Origin: an uncultured Clostridia bacterium
Lineage (GTDB): Bacteria > Bacillota > Clostridia > Christensenellales > UBA1242
Direction: 5' to 3'
NCBI GenBank assembly: GCA_934754445.1
Contig: CAKVHZ010000004.1
Span: forward strand, 30 to 64,029
Length of the DNA stretch: 64,000 bases
The notes beneath the pieces are model-generated. The model was not told where the DNA came from. It was given only the letters and a program-made list of their open reading frames with translations, and ran no database searches. Position 1 is the first letter of the stretch. The number at the start of each line of letters is the position of its first letter. The position numbers and the translations under genes were made by a program. Positions 28,814-38,284 of this stretch are shown in pieces.

Positions 28814-29734
28814 TTATGCTAGTCTTAAATCTTTACCGATGAAGTTAAATTTTAAACTTATTTCTTTGTCCATTAATCTACTAAAAAATCTTTCAGTATA
28901 TTTTGTTTTTATATCATTTAAGGTTAGGTTTGTGGTAAATAGTGTGATTTTATTTTGAGATTGTCTTTCATTTAATAAGTTTAAAAAATTCTCGGCTGTA
29001 ATGTTGTTATATGATGATTCACTACCTAAGTCATCAATTACTACAATATCACTTTCTAAAAGTTCATCCATTAAACTATTAAATAGTTTTTCATTTCGGT
29101 GTGCTTGACAAAATTGTCTATTTAATTCAAAACTTGAGTAAAATCTACAAAGTTTAAGATTTTGTGCCATAGTTTTTAGAAAACTTTTTGCAATATATGT
29201 TTTACCTGTTCCTGTTGCTCCGGTGAATAGAACTGTGTTATATTTTGAATCATATATTTTTTGTAATAAGTTAGTTATTTTATACAATTCTTCTTTATTA
29301 TCACTTTTGCGAAAATCAATTTCATCTAAAGTTGGAGTAGAGTCAACATTTATACCGATTTCTTTTACTAAATCAATTTTAAAGTCGTTCATTAAACATT
29401 CGCAAACATTTCCATTTTCTAAATAGCCTTTATCATCACATTTTTTACATTTAAAATTAGGTAATATTTTATTAACATCTTTGTTATTTGATTTTAAGGC
29501 GTATAGAAATTTTGTCATTTTTGCTTTTTTTTCTTCTTTTAAATCATCACAATTTTGACCATTAAGTTCACATTTTGCTATTTTAATTTTTAAATTACCA
29601 AGTTCGTTTGAGAGATTTAATATATCTTGATTATAATAACAAGATTTTAAATATTCTTGACTTTCCAAAATCTCTAAACTACGATTTTTATTTTTTTGTT
29701 CAATAGTTTTTTTAAATATTTCATCTTTAGTCAT
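28814..29734 (-). CDS. dnaI: DnaI/DnaC-type helicase loader (AAA+)
   Basis: Walker A GATGTGKTY, Walker B VVIDDLG, N-terminal Cys-rich Zn module (CKKCDDKG...CEC). Directly downstream of the DnaD/DnaB-like gene. Confidence 0.8.
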   Translation of the reverse strand: MTKDEIFKKTIEQKNKNRSLEILESQEYLKSCYYNQDILNLSNELGNLKIKIAKCELNGQNCDDLKEEKKAKMTKFLYALKSNNKDVNKILPNFKCKKCDDKGYLENGNVCECLMNDFKIDLVKEIGINVDSTPTLDEIDFRKSDNKEELYKITNLLQKIYDSKYNTVLFTGATGTGKTYIAKSFLKTMAQNLKLCRFYSSFELNRQFCQAHRNEKLFNSLMDELLESDIVVIDDLGSESSYNNITAENFLNLLNERQSQNKITLFTTNLTLNDIKTKYTERFFSRLMDKEISLKFNFIGKDLRLA

Positions 29735-31164
29735 TAAACATCTATCTCCTTAAGGTTATCAAATAATCTATTTAATTCTTCATCAGAATAACTACGCTTA
29801 TTTATATCAACTTCTGGTTTCGTGAAGTTATCTAGTTTGTGTTCTTTTTGTGCTTCTTCAATGGTTGTAATATTCTTTTCGTGGAAGTTAGAAACAACTT
29901 TGCTTAAATACATAAAAGGTTGACTTTTCCCTTGCGAAATTTGAACGGCGTAGGAAAGTAAATTTGCTGGGATTTTCCAATCGTTGCACCAAGTATTGTA
30001 AAGTTCTCTATCTCGTGGAGTTATTATTCGTGCTAGTCCTAAAACTTCAAAGATGCCTTTAATGTTGTTGTCAATTTCATTTAAGTCGTTAATATATTGA
30101 CTTATTGCTGGCATACTAACTAAACCTTGTTTGTATAGTTTGTTAAGCACATTATCCATTTTTTCTAGCGTGTTGTTTGAAGTTTTAAAGCAGAATTTTG
30201 CTAAAAACTCTAAAGTTTCATCACTAAAGCCTTTAATTAACCAATTAGTTAAGTATGTGTCTACAACTGGTTCTAAATTTTCAAAATATATGCCAAGATT
30301 TTTACAAATTTCTTTTGCTAGTGCTAAATAGTGGCGTTTATTTTTGTTAAAATCTTCAATTTCTTGACTAGAGTATAGTCCTAAATTATGATATTTAAAA
30401 ATTTTATTATCTAAGGCTTTCATGCCACCTTTTTTGTTTAAACTTTCGGCTATAGTAAGAATACAACTATCAGTGTAGTGGAAATTTTTAGTCCAGTTTA
30501 AATACATATCTCTTTCTTCAATAGTCGCTTTTCTGTCTATTCCTAAAATTCTTAAAATGTTTAAAATGTTTTCACTAGTAAGTTCTAATTGTTTAATTTT
30601 TTCTTCAACTTTTTTGCTGGTTAATATTTTTTCGCTTATCCAGTTTTTGCAAACAGCTAAAATGTAACTAGCATTAATTAATTTATCTTTAGTTTCAGTG
30701 CAATACTTAATTATCATAAGTAATGCTTCGGGTTCTATTTTTTCTTTTTCAATTAAAGTTACATAGTCTTTAAATTCGTTAGGAGTAAGTGTTCGTTCTA
30801 ATAAATTTTGACAAAGAATAAAGAAATCGCCATACTTTTCTTTATCTATAGGTTTAAACTTAATTGTTTTAACGTCTATTGGGAGATATATTATTTCAAA
30901 GTCATTTAGATTAGATATTTTAACTAAGCCTTGTTCTTCCCAATATTTAAAACAAGAAATAACTTCTTCTTTAGTTAGTTTTAAATCGGCACAAAAATTC
31001 TCTATTTTATTAACATCTTCGTTTAAACTTATGTAATATAGCCCTTGAAGATATACTTTTACGGCATTATCTTTAGCATCTGGCATAAAATTTGAAATGA
31101 AAAAGTTGTTGACTAGTGTGTAATTACTATTTTGTAAATCTTTAGAAAATTTTGTGAAAGCCAT
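29734..31164 (-). CDS. DnaD/DnaB-domain replication initiation / primosome protein
   Basis: About 476 aa with repeated DnaB_2/DnaD-like helical modules (FFISNFMPDAKDNAVKVYLQGLYY; ERDMYLNWTKNFHYT; DRELYNTWCNDWKIP). The start at 31164 has SD aaggag. Paired with dnaI as in Bacillota. Confidence 0.7.
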   Translation of the reverse strand: MAFTKFSKDLQNSNYTLVNNFFISNFMPDAKDNAVKVYLQGLYYISLNEDVNKIENFCADLKLTKEEVISCFKYWEEQGLVKISNLNDFEIIYLPIDVKTIKFKPIDKEKYGDFFILCQNLLERTLTPNEFKDYVTLIEKEKIEPEALLMIIKYCTETKDKLINASYILAVCKNWISEKILTSKKVEEKIKQLELTSENILNILRILGIDRKATIEERDMYLNWTKNFHYTDSCILTIAESLNKKGGMKALDNKIFKYHNLGLYSSQEIEDFNKNKRHYLALAKEICKNLGIYFENLEPVVDTYLTNWLIKGFSDETLEFLAKFCFKTSNNTLEKMDNVLNKLYKQGLVSMPAISQYINDLNEIDNNIKGIFEVLGLARIITPRDRELYNTWCNDWKIPANLLSYAVQISQGKSQPFMYLSKVVSNFHEKNITTIEEAQKEHKLDNFTKPEVDINKRSYSDEELNRLFDNLKEIDV

Positions 31165-31305
31165 AAAAAACTCCTTTATATTATTATACAATATTTTGTT
31201 TAATTTTCAAGTTTAATTATTATATATTTTAAAAATATTAATTTCAATTAAAAATGTCATAAATTTTAATGTTATTTTTATTTTTTTTAAAACATATACT
31301 TAAAT

Positions 31306-32829
31306 ATGAAAAAATTTTTTAAGCGAAAAACCCTTATATATTTTATTTTAGCATTAATTTTTGTTGTTGGGACAAGTTTTTCATTATTATATGGTTGTTC
31401 ATCTAATAATTTTATAGCGGTTTATAGTAAAAATGTAAATGAGTATGATATAAATGTTGATATAAATGAAAGTGAAAAAACACTAAATATTAAACAAAAA
31501 ACGACTTTCGTAAATCAAACCGACAGTGTTGCACTTAAAAGTGTATATTTTCACATTTTTCCTAAAGCATTCAGCGAGGGGGTTGTAAACAAGCCAGTTA
31601 GTGCTTTAAACGAAACAAAAGCGTATCCTAACGGCATAAGTTATGGAAATATTGATATTAGTTTAGTTAAGTTAAAAGATGAAGAAGTTTTGCCCAGATA
31701 TCTAAATGCTGATAAAGATATTCTAGTTGTTGACTTAGAAAAAGAATTGTTGCCGACAAAGAATGTTGAAATATATTTTGAATATAGCATAAAACTACCT
31801 AACATTCACCATAGATATGGTTATGGCGAAAATACTATTAATTTAGGAAATTTCTATTTAATTGCATGCGTTTATGATGAAAAAGAAGGTTGGGCATCAA
31901 ATTCTTATAACTATAACGGCGACCCTTTTTATAGTGAAATGGCAAACTATAATGTTATTGTGAGTTTTAGTAATAACTATGTTTTAGCACATACTGGAAA
32001 TTTAATAAATAAAGAAGAAAAAGATAACAAAGTTACAGCAAAAATAAATGCAAAAGCAGTTAGAGATTTTGCATTAATTTTAAGTGATAAATATAAACAG
32101 TTAAGTTCAAAAATAAATGGGGTAGATGTTAATTATTTTTACTATAATGATGAAACTCCTGAAAAAAGTTTAAAAACTTGCACCGATAGTTTAAAAACTT
32201 TTGTAAACTTATTTGGAGAATATCCTTATCGAAGTTTAAATGTTTGTGAAAGCAATTTTGTTTATGGTGGTATGGAATATCCTAATCTTGTTTTTATAGC
32301 AGACAATTTAGATAATTATGAAGATTACACTTATACTATGGTTCATGAAATAGCACATCAATGGTGGTATAACTTGGTAGGTAATAACGAGTTTAAATAT
32401 GGCTTTTTAGATGAAAGTTTAACCGAATATTCTACATATTTATTTTTTGATAAAAACCCTGAGTATAACATGGATACAAGAGAAATGATAAAAAATACCA
32501 CAAATAGTTATCTGTTGTTTTTAGATGTGTATAAAGAAGTTTTTACAAAGGTTAATACTAGTATGCTTCGTAGTTTAGATGAGTATAATACTGAACCTGA
32601 ATATATTTATATGGCTTATGTAAAAGGCACATTAATGTTTGATAACTTAAGAGAAATTGTGGGCGATAAAAATTTTATAAATAGTTTAAAATTTTACTAT
32701 AAACAAAATCGTGGGAAAAATGCAGTTCCAACCGATTTAATTTATGCTTTTAATAAGGTTTGTAAAAAAGATTTAGAAAGTTATTTTAATAGTTGGCTTA
32801 ATGGCTCAGTAGTAATCGAAAATATTTAA
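31306..32829 (+). CDS. M1-family (gluzincin) aminopeptidase-like lipoprotein
   Basis: Lipobox LLYGC after the signal peptide. HEIAHQWWYN...18 aa...E (HExxH-18-E). Confidence 0.75.
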   Translation: MKKFFKRKTLIYFILALIFVVGTSFSLLYGCSSNNFIAVYSKNVNEYDINVDINESEKTLNIKQKTTFVNQTDSVALKSVYFHIFPKAFSEGVVNKPVSALNETKAYPNGISYGNIDISLVKLKDEEVLPRYLNADKDILVVDLEKELLPTKNVEIYFEYSIKLPNIHHRYGYGENTINLGNFYLIACVYDEKEGWASNSYNYNGDPFYSEMANYNVIVSFSNNYVLAHTGNLINKEEKDNKVTAKINAKAVRDFALILSDKYKQLSSKINGVDVNYFYYNDETPEKSLKTCTDSLKTFVNLFGEYPYRSLNVCESNFVYGGMEYPNLVFIADNLDNYEDYTYTMVHEIAHQWWYNLVGNNEFKYGFLDESLTEYSTYLFFDKNPEYNMDTREMIKNTTNSYLLFLDVYKEVFTKVNTSMLRSLDEYNTEPEYIYMAYVKGTLMFDNLREIVGDKNFINSLKFYYKQNRGKNAVPTDLIYAFNKVCKKDLESYFNSWLNGSVVIENI

Positions 32830-32909
32830 AATAAATTCGACAAAAATTGTATAAGAAAATTTTAATAATTTTCGGGTTTTTGCACAAAGTATATTCGGGA
32901 GGAAAAAAT

Positions 32910-33065
32910 ATGCAAAAATATAGACCAGGTGAAACTTGCATGGAAACAGGTAACTATGCAGTTTATAATGAACATGATGAGAAAATTGGTAGTGTTTATT
33001 TAAAAGAAGAACAAACATTCCCACCTACTCAATATGAAGGTTCTTATTACGAAAAAGAAGATTAA
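32910..33065 (+). CDS. Small YjzC-like protein
   Basis: 51 aa with SD gggagg. The YRPGETCMETGNYAV pattern resembles YjzC-family proteins. Confidence 0.4.
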   Translation: MQKYRPGETCMETGNYAVYNEHDEKIGSVYLKEEQTFPPTQYEGSYYEKED

Positions 33066-33081
33066 TTAATCTTAAATTAAT

Positions 33082-33110
33082 AAAAAAATGCCTAAAAATG
33101 GCATTTTTTT
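33082..33110 (+). terminator. Rho-independent terminator
   Basis: aaaaaaatgcc / ggcattttttt hairpin. Confidence 0.7.
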
Positions 33111-33176
33111 ATGCTTTTTTGATTTATTTTGCATTAAAAATTTTTAAAGTAATAAATTTTATGGTAAAATATATTC

Positions 33177-34275
33177 ATGATTAATTTAGATTTATTTAAT
33201 AGTTTAGAAAAAAAATATAACACGATAAAGGAGTGTCTTTGAAAAAGATAATATAGAACTAGAAGATTTAAAAAAACAAATAGAGGCCGAAACCGACTAT
33301 AAAAAAATTATAGAAATAAATAAAAAAATATCTAGTATAGATAAAAAAGCAACTCAATTTGTTTTACTTACAAAAATTATTAACAATACAAAAGAAAGTT
33401 TAAAACTACTTGATAGTGAAGAATTTAATTCTTTAAAAATAGAAGAACAAGAATTGTTAACTAACATTATAGAAAGTGATATTAAAAAAACACAAGAAAT
33501 TGTTGATAAATTGTTTTTAGTTATTATGCTCTCAAGCGAGTATGATTTTAATGATGCCATTGTAACTCTTCATTCGGGTGCAGGGGGAACAGAAAGTTAC
33601 GATTTTGTAAGTATGCTTTATAGAATGTATACTAAATATTGCGAAAATGAAGGGTTAAAGATTTCAGTTTTAGAGTTATCTCAAGAAGATGTAGGAATTA
33701 AAAGTATAACAATAAAAGTTAGTGGAGATTTTGCTTATGGAAAATTAAAAAGCGAAAAAGGAGTTCATAGATTAGTCAGGATTTCGCCTTTTGATAGCAA
33801 CAAGCGTAGACACACAACTTTTGCTAGCGTTGATGTTATTCCAGAAATTGAAAATGATAACCTAATTGAAATAAATAGTGATGATTTAAAGATAGACACT
33901 TTCCGTAGTGGTGGTGCTGGTGGGCAACATATAAATAAAACTGAAAGTGCTGTTAGAATAACTCACATTCCAACGGGGATAGTAGTAACTTGTCAAAACG
34001 AAAGAAGTCAAATTCAAAACAAAGAGCAGGCTCTAAAAGTTTTAAAGAGTAAACTTTATATTATAAAAGAACAGCAACACTTAAATAAAATAAGTGAAAT
34101 TACAGGGAATTTACTTAAAATTGAGTGGGGAAGTCAAATTCGTAGTTATGTTTTTTGCCCTTACACTATGGTTAAAGACCATAGAACAAATTATGAAACA
34201 AGTGATGTTGAAGGTGTTATGAACGGAAATTTAGAAGATTTTGTTCTTGCTTATTTAATACAAAAAAGTGCTTAA
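33177..34275 (+). CDS. prfB: Peptide chain release factor 2, requires a programmed +1 frameshift at 33240
   Basis: ORF0 ATG 33177 ... CTT TGA (33237-33242), preceded by SD-like AAGGAG with a 3-nt spacer. The +1 frame from 33241 runs into the ORF carrying SPF and GGQ (RSGGAGGQHINKTESAVR) motifs. Confidence 0.9.
33228..33243 (+). promoter_or_regulatory. prfB autoregulatory +1 frameshift site
   Basis: AAGGAG-tgt-CTT-TGA-a. The architecture matches the E. coli AGGGGG-uau-CUU-UGA-C site. Confidence 0.85.
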
Positions 34276-34393
34276 TGCACTTTTTTATTTCTTATTTTTT
34301 TGTATGTTTATCGTATTACTTTTCACTTTTCATTTTTTTTGTTTATCTATTGTTTTTTTTCTTTTTTCTTTTTTCTTTTTTATTTTTCGTATT

Positions 34394-35461
34394 CTATAGG
34401 TCAATTCTTGCTTTAGGGCTTAAGGTTAAATCGGCAAGATTTTCATATTTTATATAATTGTAATATCCTGCACTTGCTATCATCGCTCCGTTATCGGTGC
34501 AAAGAGAAATCTTAGGGAAGTAAACTTCAATATTTTCTTTTTCGGCTCTTAATTTCATATTATCTCGTAAATAACAGTTAGCAGAAACCCCACCAGCAAT
34601 AACAATTTTATTGTATTTTTCGCCAAGCATTTTACTTGCTCTAATAGTTTTTTCTATTAATTCATCAAATGCTTCACTTTGAAAACTTGCACAAATATCA
34701 TACTTATTAATTTCTTCGCCTTTCATTTCTTTATTATGAATATAATTTATAACGGCAGTTTTTAATCCTGAATAACTAAAGTTGTAAGTTTTATTTAATT
34801 CTCGGTTTTCTTTAACAAAAGTTATATTTTTTTCTCCTAGTTTTGCAAGTTTTTCTATTTTAGGGCCTCCAGGATATTCTAAATTTAAAACTCTTGCAAC
34901 TTTATCAAAACATTCTCCACACGCATCGTCTAAACTATGACCAATTAACTCAAATTTGTTGTAGTCCTCCACTTTTATTAGTTCTGTGTGTGCACCACTA
35001 GTAAGTAAGCACAAAAATGGGGGAGTTAATTCTTTAAAACATAAATAGTTTGCACAAATATGACCTTTAATATGGTCAACTTTAATTAATGGTTTTTTCG
35101 TAATAAACGCTAATGCTTTAGCAAAATTTACTCCAACCATTAAAGCCCCAATTAAACCAGCACCATAAGTAACGGCAATTATATCAACATCATCTAATGT
35201 TAAATTTGCTTCTTTTAAACATAAAGTTAAACAGTTATTAATTTGCATAACATGATTTCTACTAGCAACTTCGGGAACAACTCCACCAAATCGTTTATGA
35301 ATGTCAATTTGAGTGGAAACAATGTTAGATAATATTTCACGACCATTTTTTACTATTGAAATGCTAGTTTCATCACAACTACTTTCTATTCCTAAAACTA
35401 ATATATCTTTTTTATTTTTTAGTTTTTCTAATTTTTCTTTTATTGCTTCTGTATATAACAT
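34394..35461 (-). CDS. tsaD: tRNA N6-threonylcarbamoyladenosine synthesis protein TsaD
   Basis: GIESSCDETS N-terminal motif and Kae1/TsaD family pattern throughout. 355 aa. Confidence 0.9.
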   Translation of the reverse strand: MLYTEAIKEKLEKLKNKKDILVLGIESSCDETSISIVKNGREILSNIVSTQIDIHKRFGGVVPEVASRNHVMQINNCLTLCLKEANLTLDDVDIIAVTYGAGLIGALMVGVNFAKALAFITKKPLIKVDHIKGHICANYLCFKELTPPFLCLLTSGAHTELIKVEDYNKFELIGHSLDDACGECFDKVARVLNLEYPGGPKIEKLAKLGEKNITFVKENRELNKTYNFSYSGLKTAVINYIHNKEMKGEEINKYDICASFQSEAFDELIEKTIRASKMLGEKYNKIVIAGGVSANCYLRDNMKLRAEKENIEVYFPKISLCTDNGAMIASAGYYNYIKYENLADLTLSPKARIDL

Positions 35462-35513
35462 ATTTTTATTATATCACTTTATGTAAATTTTTCAATTTTA
35501 TTTTTCAAAAATT

Positions 35514-36830
35514 TTACTTTTTCTCAAGTATTACAACTGTTTCTAAATTTTTTGTTTGTGGGAACATATCAAAGGCAGTAACATTTGTTAAATTATATTT
35601 ATTAAATAGCATTTTTAAATTTTTTGCTAAACTATTTTTGTCGCAACTAATATAAATTATTTTTTTAGGTAAGTTTTTTAGTATTACATTTATCATTTTG
35701 TCGTCAATTCCACTTTTAGGTGGGTCTAAAACTAAATTATAATCTTTTAAATTTAATTTGTCTAAAACTGTGCCAGCATCTCCACAAAAATTTTCCAGAT
35801 TTAAAACATTGTTTTCTTGTTTTAAAATTTGTGCGAGTTTGTGTGCTTCTTTATTAATTTCAATAGCGTAAATTTTATTATTAATATTGTTTTTTGCTAA
35901 AATGCTACTAAGCAGTCCAGCACCACTATAACAGTTTACAATATTGCCACTAATATTTTTTAAAACAAAACTATAAATTTCACTAGCAATAAAATTATTT
36001 ACTTGCAAAAAACTTCCGTTCGTAATTTTTTGATTAATGTTTAAACTATTAAATTTTATTTCGTTTTTACCTATTAAGTTTATAAAGTTATAAGAAAGTA
36101 TTTCTTTATCGCTTTTATTTATATTTTTATTAATTCCAACATTTTTAAATTTCGCTGTTAATTTTTTGTATAAAATTTCAATATCGTTTAAGTTTTTATT
36201 ATCATGTAACACGAAAGTTAAAAGCAAATCATTATTAATAATTCTACAAACCAAATGTTTTAATTCGCCTTTTTTAGTTTTTTCATTATATACTTTTAAA
36301 TTGCAAATATCTAAATATTCATTAACACATTTTATTACATAGTCAAATTGCTCATTCATTATTTTGCAACTATCAATTTTTACACTGTCATGACTATTTT
36401 TTTTATATAAACATAAAACTTTTTTGTTATTAATTTCATCAATTTTCATTGAAATTTTATTTCTATAAAAATAATTCATATCACTAGCAATAATGTTTAA
36501 ATTTTTTATATCTATATTCGCTACTTTTTTAAAGGTTAATAATAGTTGTTGTTTTTTAAATTCAAGTGCCTTTTCATAGTTTAAATGTTGAATATCACAA
36601 CCACCGCACAAATTAAAGTAAGGGCATAGTGGAGTAGTCCTTAAATCACTTTTTTCAATAATTTTAGTGTTTTTTGCAAATAAAAGGCTATTTTTTTGCT
36701 TAATTATATCACATTCTATTAGTTCTTGTGGTAAAGCATTGTCTATAAAAATTGTCCTATTTTCTTTATGTGCAATACCTAGTCCGTTCATGTCTAAGTC
36801 ATCAATTTTAACAATAAGTTTTTCGTTCAT
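35514..36830 (-). CDS. 23S rRNA (uracil-C5)-methyltransferase, RlmD/RumA type
   Basis: N-terminal TRAM-like domain, 4Fe-4S Cys cluster (CPYFNLCGGCDIQH) and a C-terminal SAM-MTase with DPPKSG. Confidence 0.8.
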   Translation of the reverse strand: MNEKLIVKIDDLDMNGLGIAHKENRTIFIDNALPQELIECDIIKQKNSLLFAKNTKIIEKSDLRTTPLCPYFNLCGGCDIQHLNYEKALEFKKQQLLLTFKKVANIDIKNLNIIASDMNYFYRNKISMKIDEINNKKVLCLYKKNSHDSVKIDSCKIMNEQFDYVIKCVNEYLDICNLKVYNEKTKKGELKHLVCRIINNDLLLTFVLHDNKNLNDIEILYKKLTAKFKNVGINKNINKSDKEILSYNFINLIGKNEIKFNSLNINQKITNGSFLQVNNFIASEIYSFVLKNISGNIVNCYSGAGLLSSILAKNNINNKIYAIEINKEAHKLAQILKQENNVLNLENFCGDAGTVLDKLNLKDYNLVLDPPKSGIDDKMINVILKNLPKKIIYISCDKNSLAKNLKMLFNKYNLTNVTAFDMFPQTKNLETVVILEKK

Positions 36831-36899
36831 ATTATAATTTTAACAAGTTTTTAGTAAAAAGAAAAGTTAATAATAAAAAAAGTTTGATTTAACTCAAAC

Positions 36900-37646
36900 T
36901 TAATTTTCGCTAGTGTTTTCAATATCTAATTTTTTTGTTGTGTGACATAGTGTTAAACACTTAACACTTTTTGCTTTGTTTTTAATTAATAATTTTGCTA
37001 AACTTAAACTTGTTGCTCCAGTTGTAAAAATATCATCAACAATTAAAATCCTTTTATTTTTAATATCTTGTGCGTTTGTAATTATAAAAGCATCTTTTAA
37101 ATTTTCCATTCTTTCATCTTTAGAAAGTTTTGTTTGAGTTGGAGTATCTTTTACTCTTTTTACAATATCTGTTCTAACCAAATTTGTTTCTTTAAAACTT
37201 TGAAGTAATAACTCAGTTTGATTGTAGCCTCTTTGTTTTAATCGTTTTTCATAAAGCGGAATAGGAATTATTATATCAACATCGTTAATTTCATTGTGGT
37301 GAGTAAAATAATTATATAAAATGTTGCTAAGTGGTTTTGCTAAAAATTTTTGATTATCATATTTTAGTTTATGAATTAAACTTTTAAGATTTTCATCATA
37401 TTCAAAAACTGCTCTAGCAAGTTTGATTTCTTTATATTCATTATTAACGCACCTTTCACATAAGTTGTTTTCTCCAAAAACTTTAACTCCACAAATTTTG
37501 CAAATTTTATCATTTAAAAAGGAAAGTTTATCTAAACATTTTGGGCATATAGAAAAAGCATCGCTTGTAAATATTTCTTCGTTACAAACAATGCATTTTA
37601 AATTATCAGGATATAACAATCTTTTCAAAAAACTAAAAATTTTCAT
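36900..37646 (-). CDS. comFC: ComF-family protein (ComFC-like phosphoribosyltransferase fold)
   Basis: N-terminal double CxxC Zn-ribbons and the C-terminal PRTase motif ILIVDDIFTTGAT. Confidence 0.8.
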   Translation of the reverse strand: MKIFSFLKRLLYPDNLKCIVCNEEIFTSDAFSICPKCLDKLSFLNDKICKICGVKVFGENNLCERCVNNEYKEIKLARAVFEYDENLKSLIHKLKYDNQKFLAKPLSNILYNYFTHHNEINDVDIIIPIPLYEKRLKQRGYNQTELLLQSFKETNLVRTDIVKRVKDTPTQTKLSKDERMENLKDAFIITNAQDIKNKRILIVDDIFTTGATSLSLAKLLIKNKAKSVKCLTLCHTTKKLDIENTSEN

Positions 37647-37647
37647 A

Positions 37648-38040
37648 CTAAATTAAAAATAATAAAATTAAAGATAAAAAAGTTATAATAGAAGACACAT
37701 TCAAATCTACTTTTTTATTTTTAGCAAAATTTATTATATTCATTATAAGACTGGTTACACAAAGGCCAGCACAAACAAAAAACCAAATTCCAAAAAATGC
37801 TCTACTAGTTACTCCACAAAGTAATAAGAATCTCATAAACAAAGCCATTATTATAGAAATTGTTGCAAAGGTTAGTGCCAAATATTTTTTAGAAAAAGCA
37901 AGACCAAAAAAATTATTGGTGCTAACATTTCTATTGCTATAAGAAACGGCATCTAGTTTTCTTTCTTCATTTTTATTATTTTTTTGATATTCTACTTCAA
38001 CATCATCATCTAATATTATTCTATCATCGTAACTTGTCAT
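37648..38040 (-). CDS. Small membrane protein
   Basis: 130 aa from the ATG at 38040, with three hydrophobic segments. Translationally adjacent to comFC. Confidence 0.5.
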   Translation of the reverse strand: MTSYDDRIILDDDVEVEYQKNNKNEERKLDAVSYSNRNVSTNNFFGLAFSKKYLALTFATISIIMALFMRFLLLCGVTSRAFFGIWFFVCAGLCVTSLIMNIINFAKNKKVDLNVSSIITFLSLILLFLI

Positions 38041-38284
38041 ATAATTATTATATAAAATTAATTTATAAAAATCAACTATTAACACTAAATTTTTGTTAAG
38101 AGTTTTGTGTAAAAAAACTATAATAAAAAATAAATGTTAACTTTTAGCGCTTCTGTTGCCCTTATTTTATATGATAAAATTTGAACGAGCGAAAATTTTA
38201 TTTTATTTATAATAGGTCAAAAAATATTATCATTATTAAACTTATAGATATAAATTGAAAAATCAACTAATATAATAAATTGAG

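Noticed and set aside
34275-34457. 60-aa Phe-rich ORF and CTTTTT-type repeats between prfB and tsaD
   Set aside because: This is a T-rich convergent intergenic region holding the prfB terminator hairpin and poly-T tracts. The translation is low-complexity (F/L/S), the ORF overlaps the tsaD 3' end, and it has no SD. The cttttt repeats are too short and irregular to count as a meaningful array.
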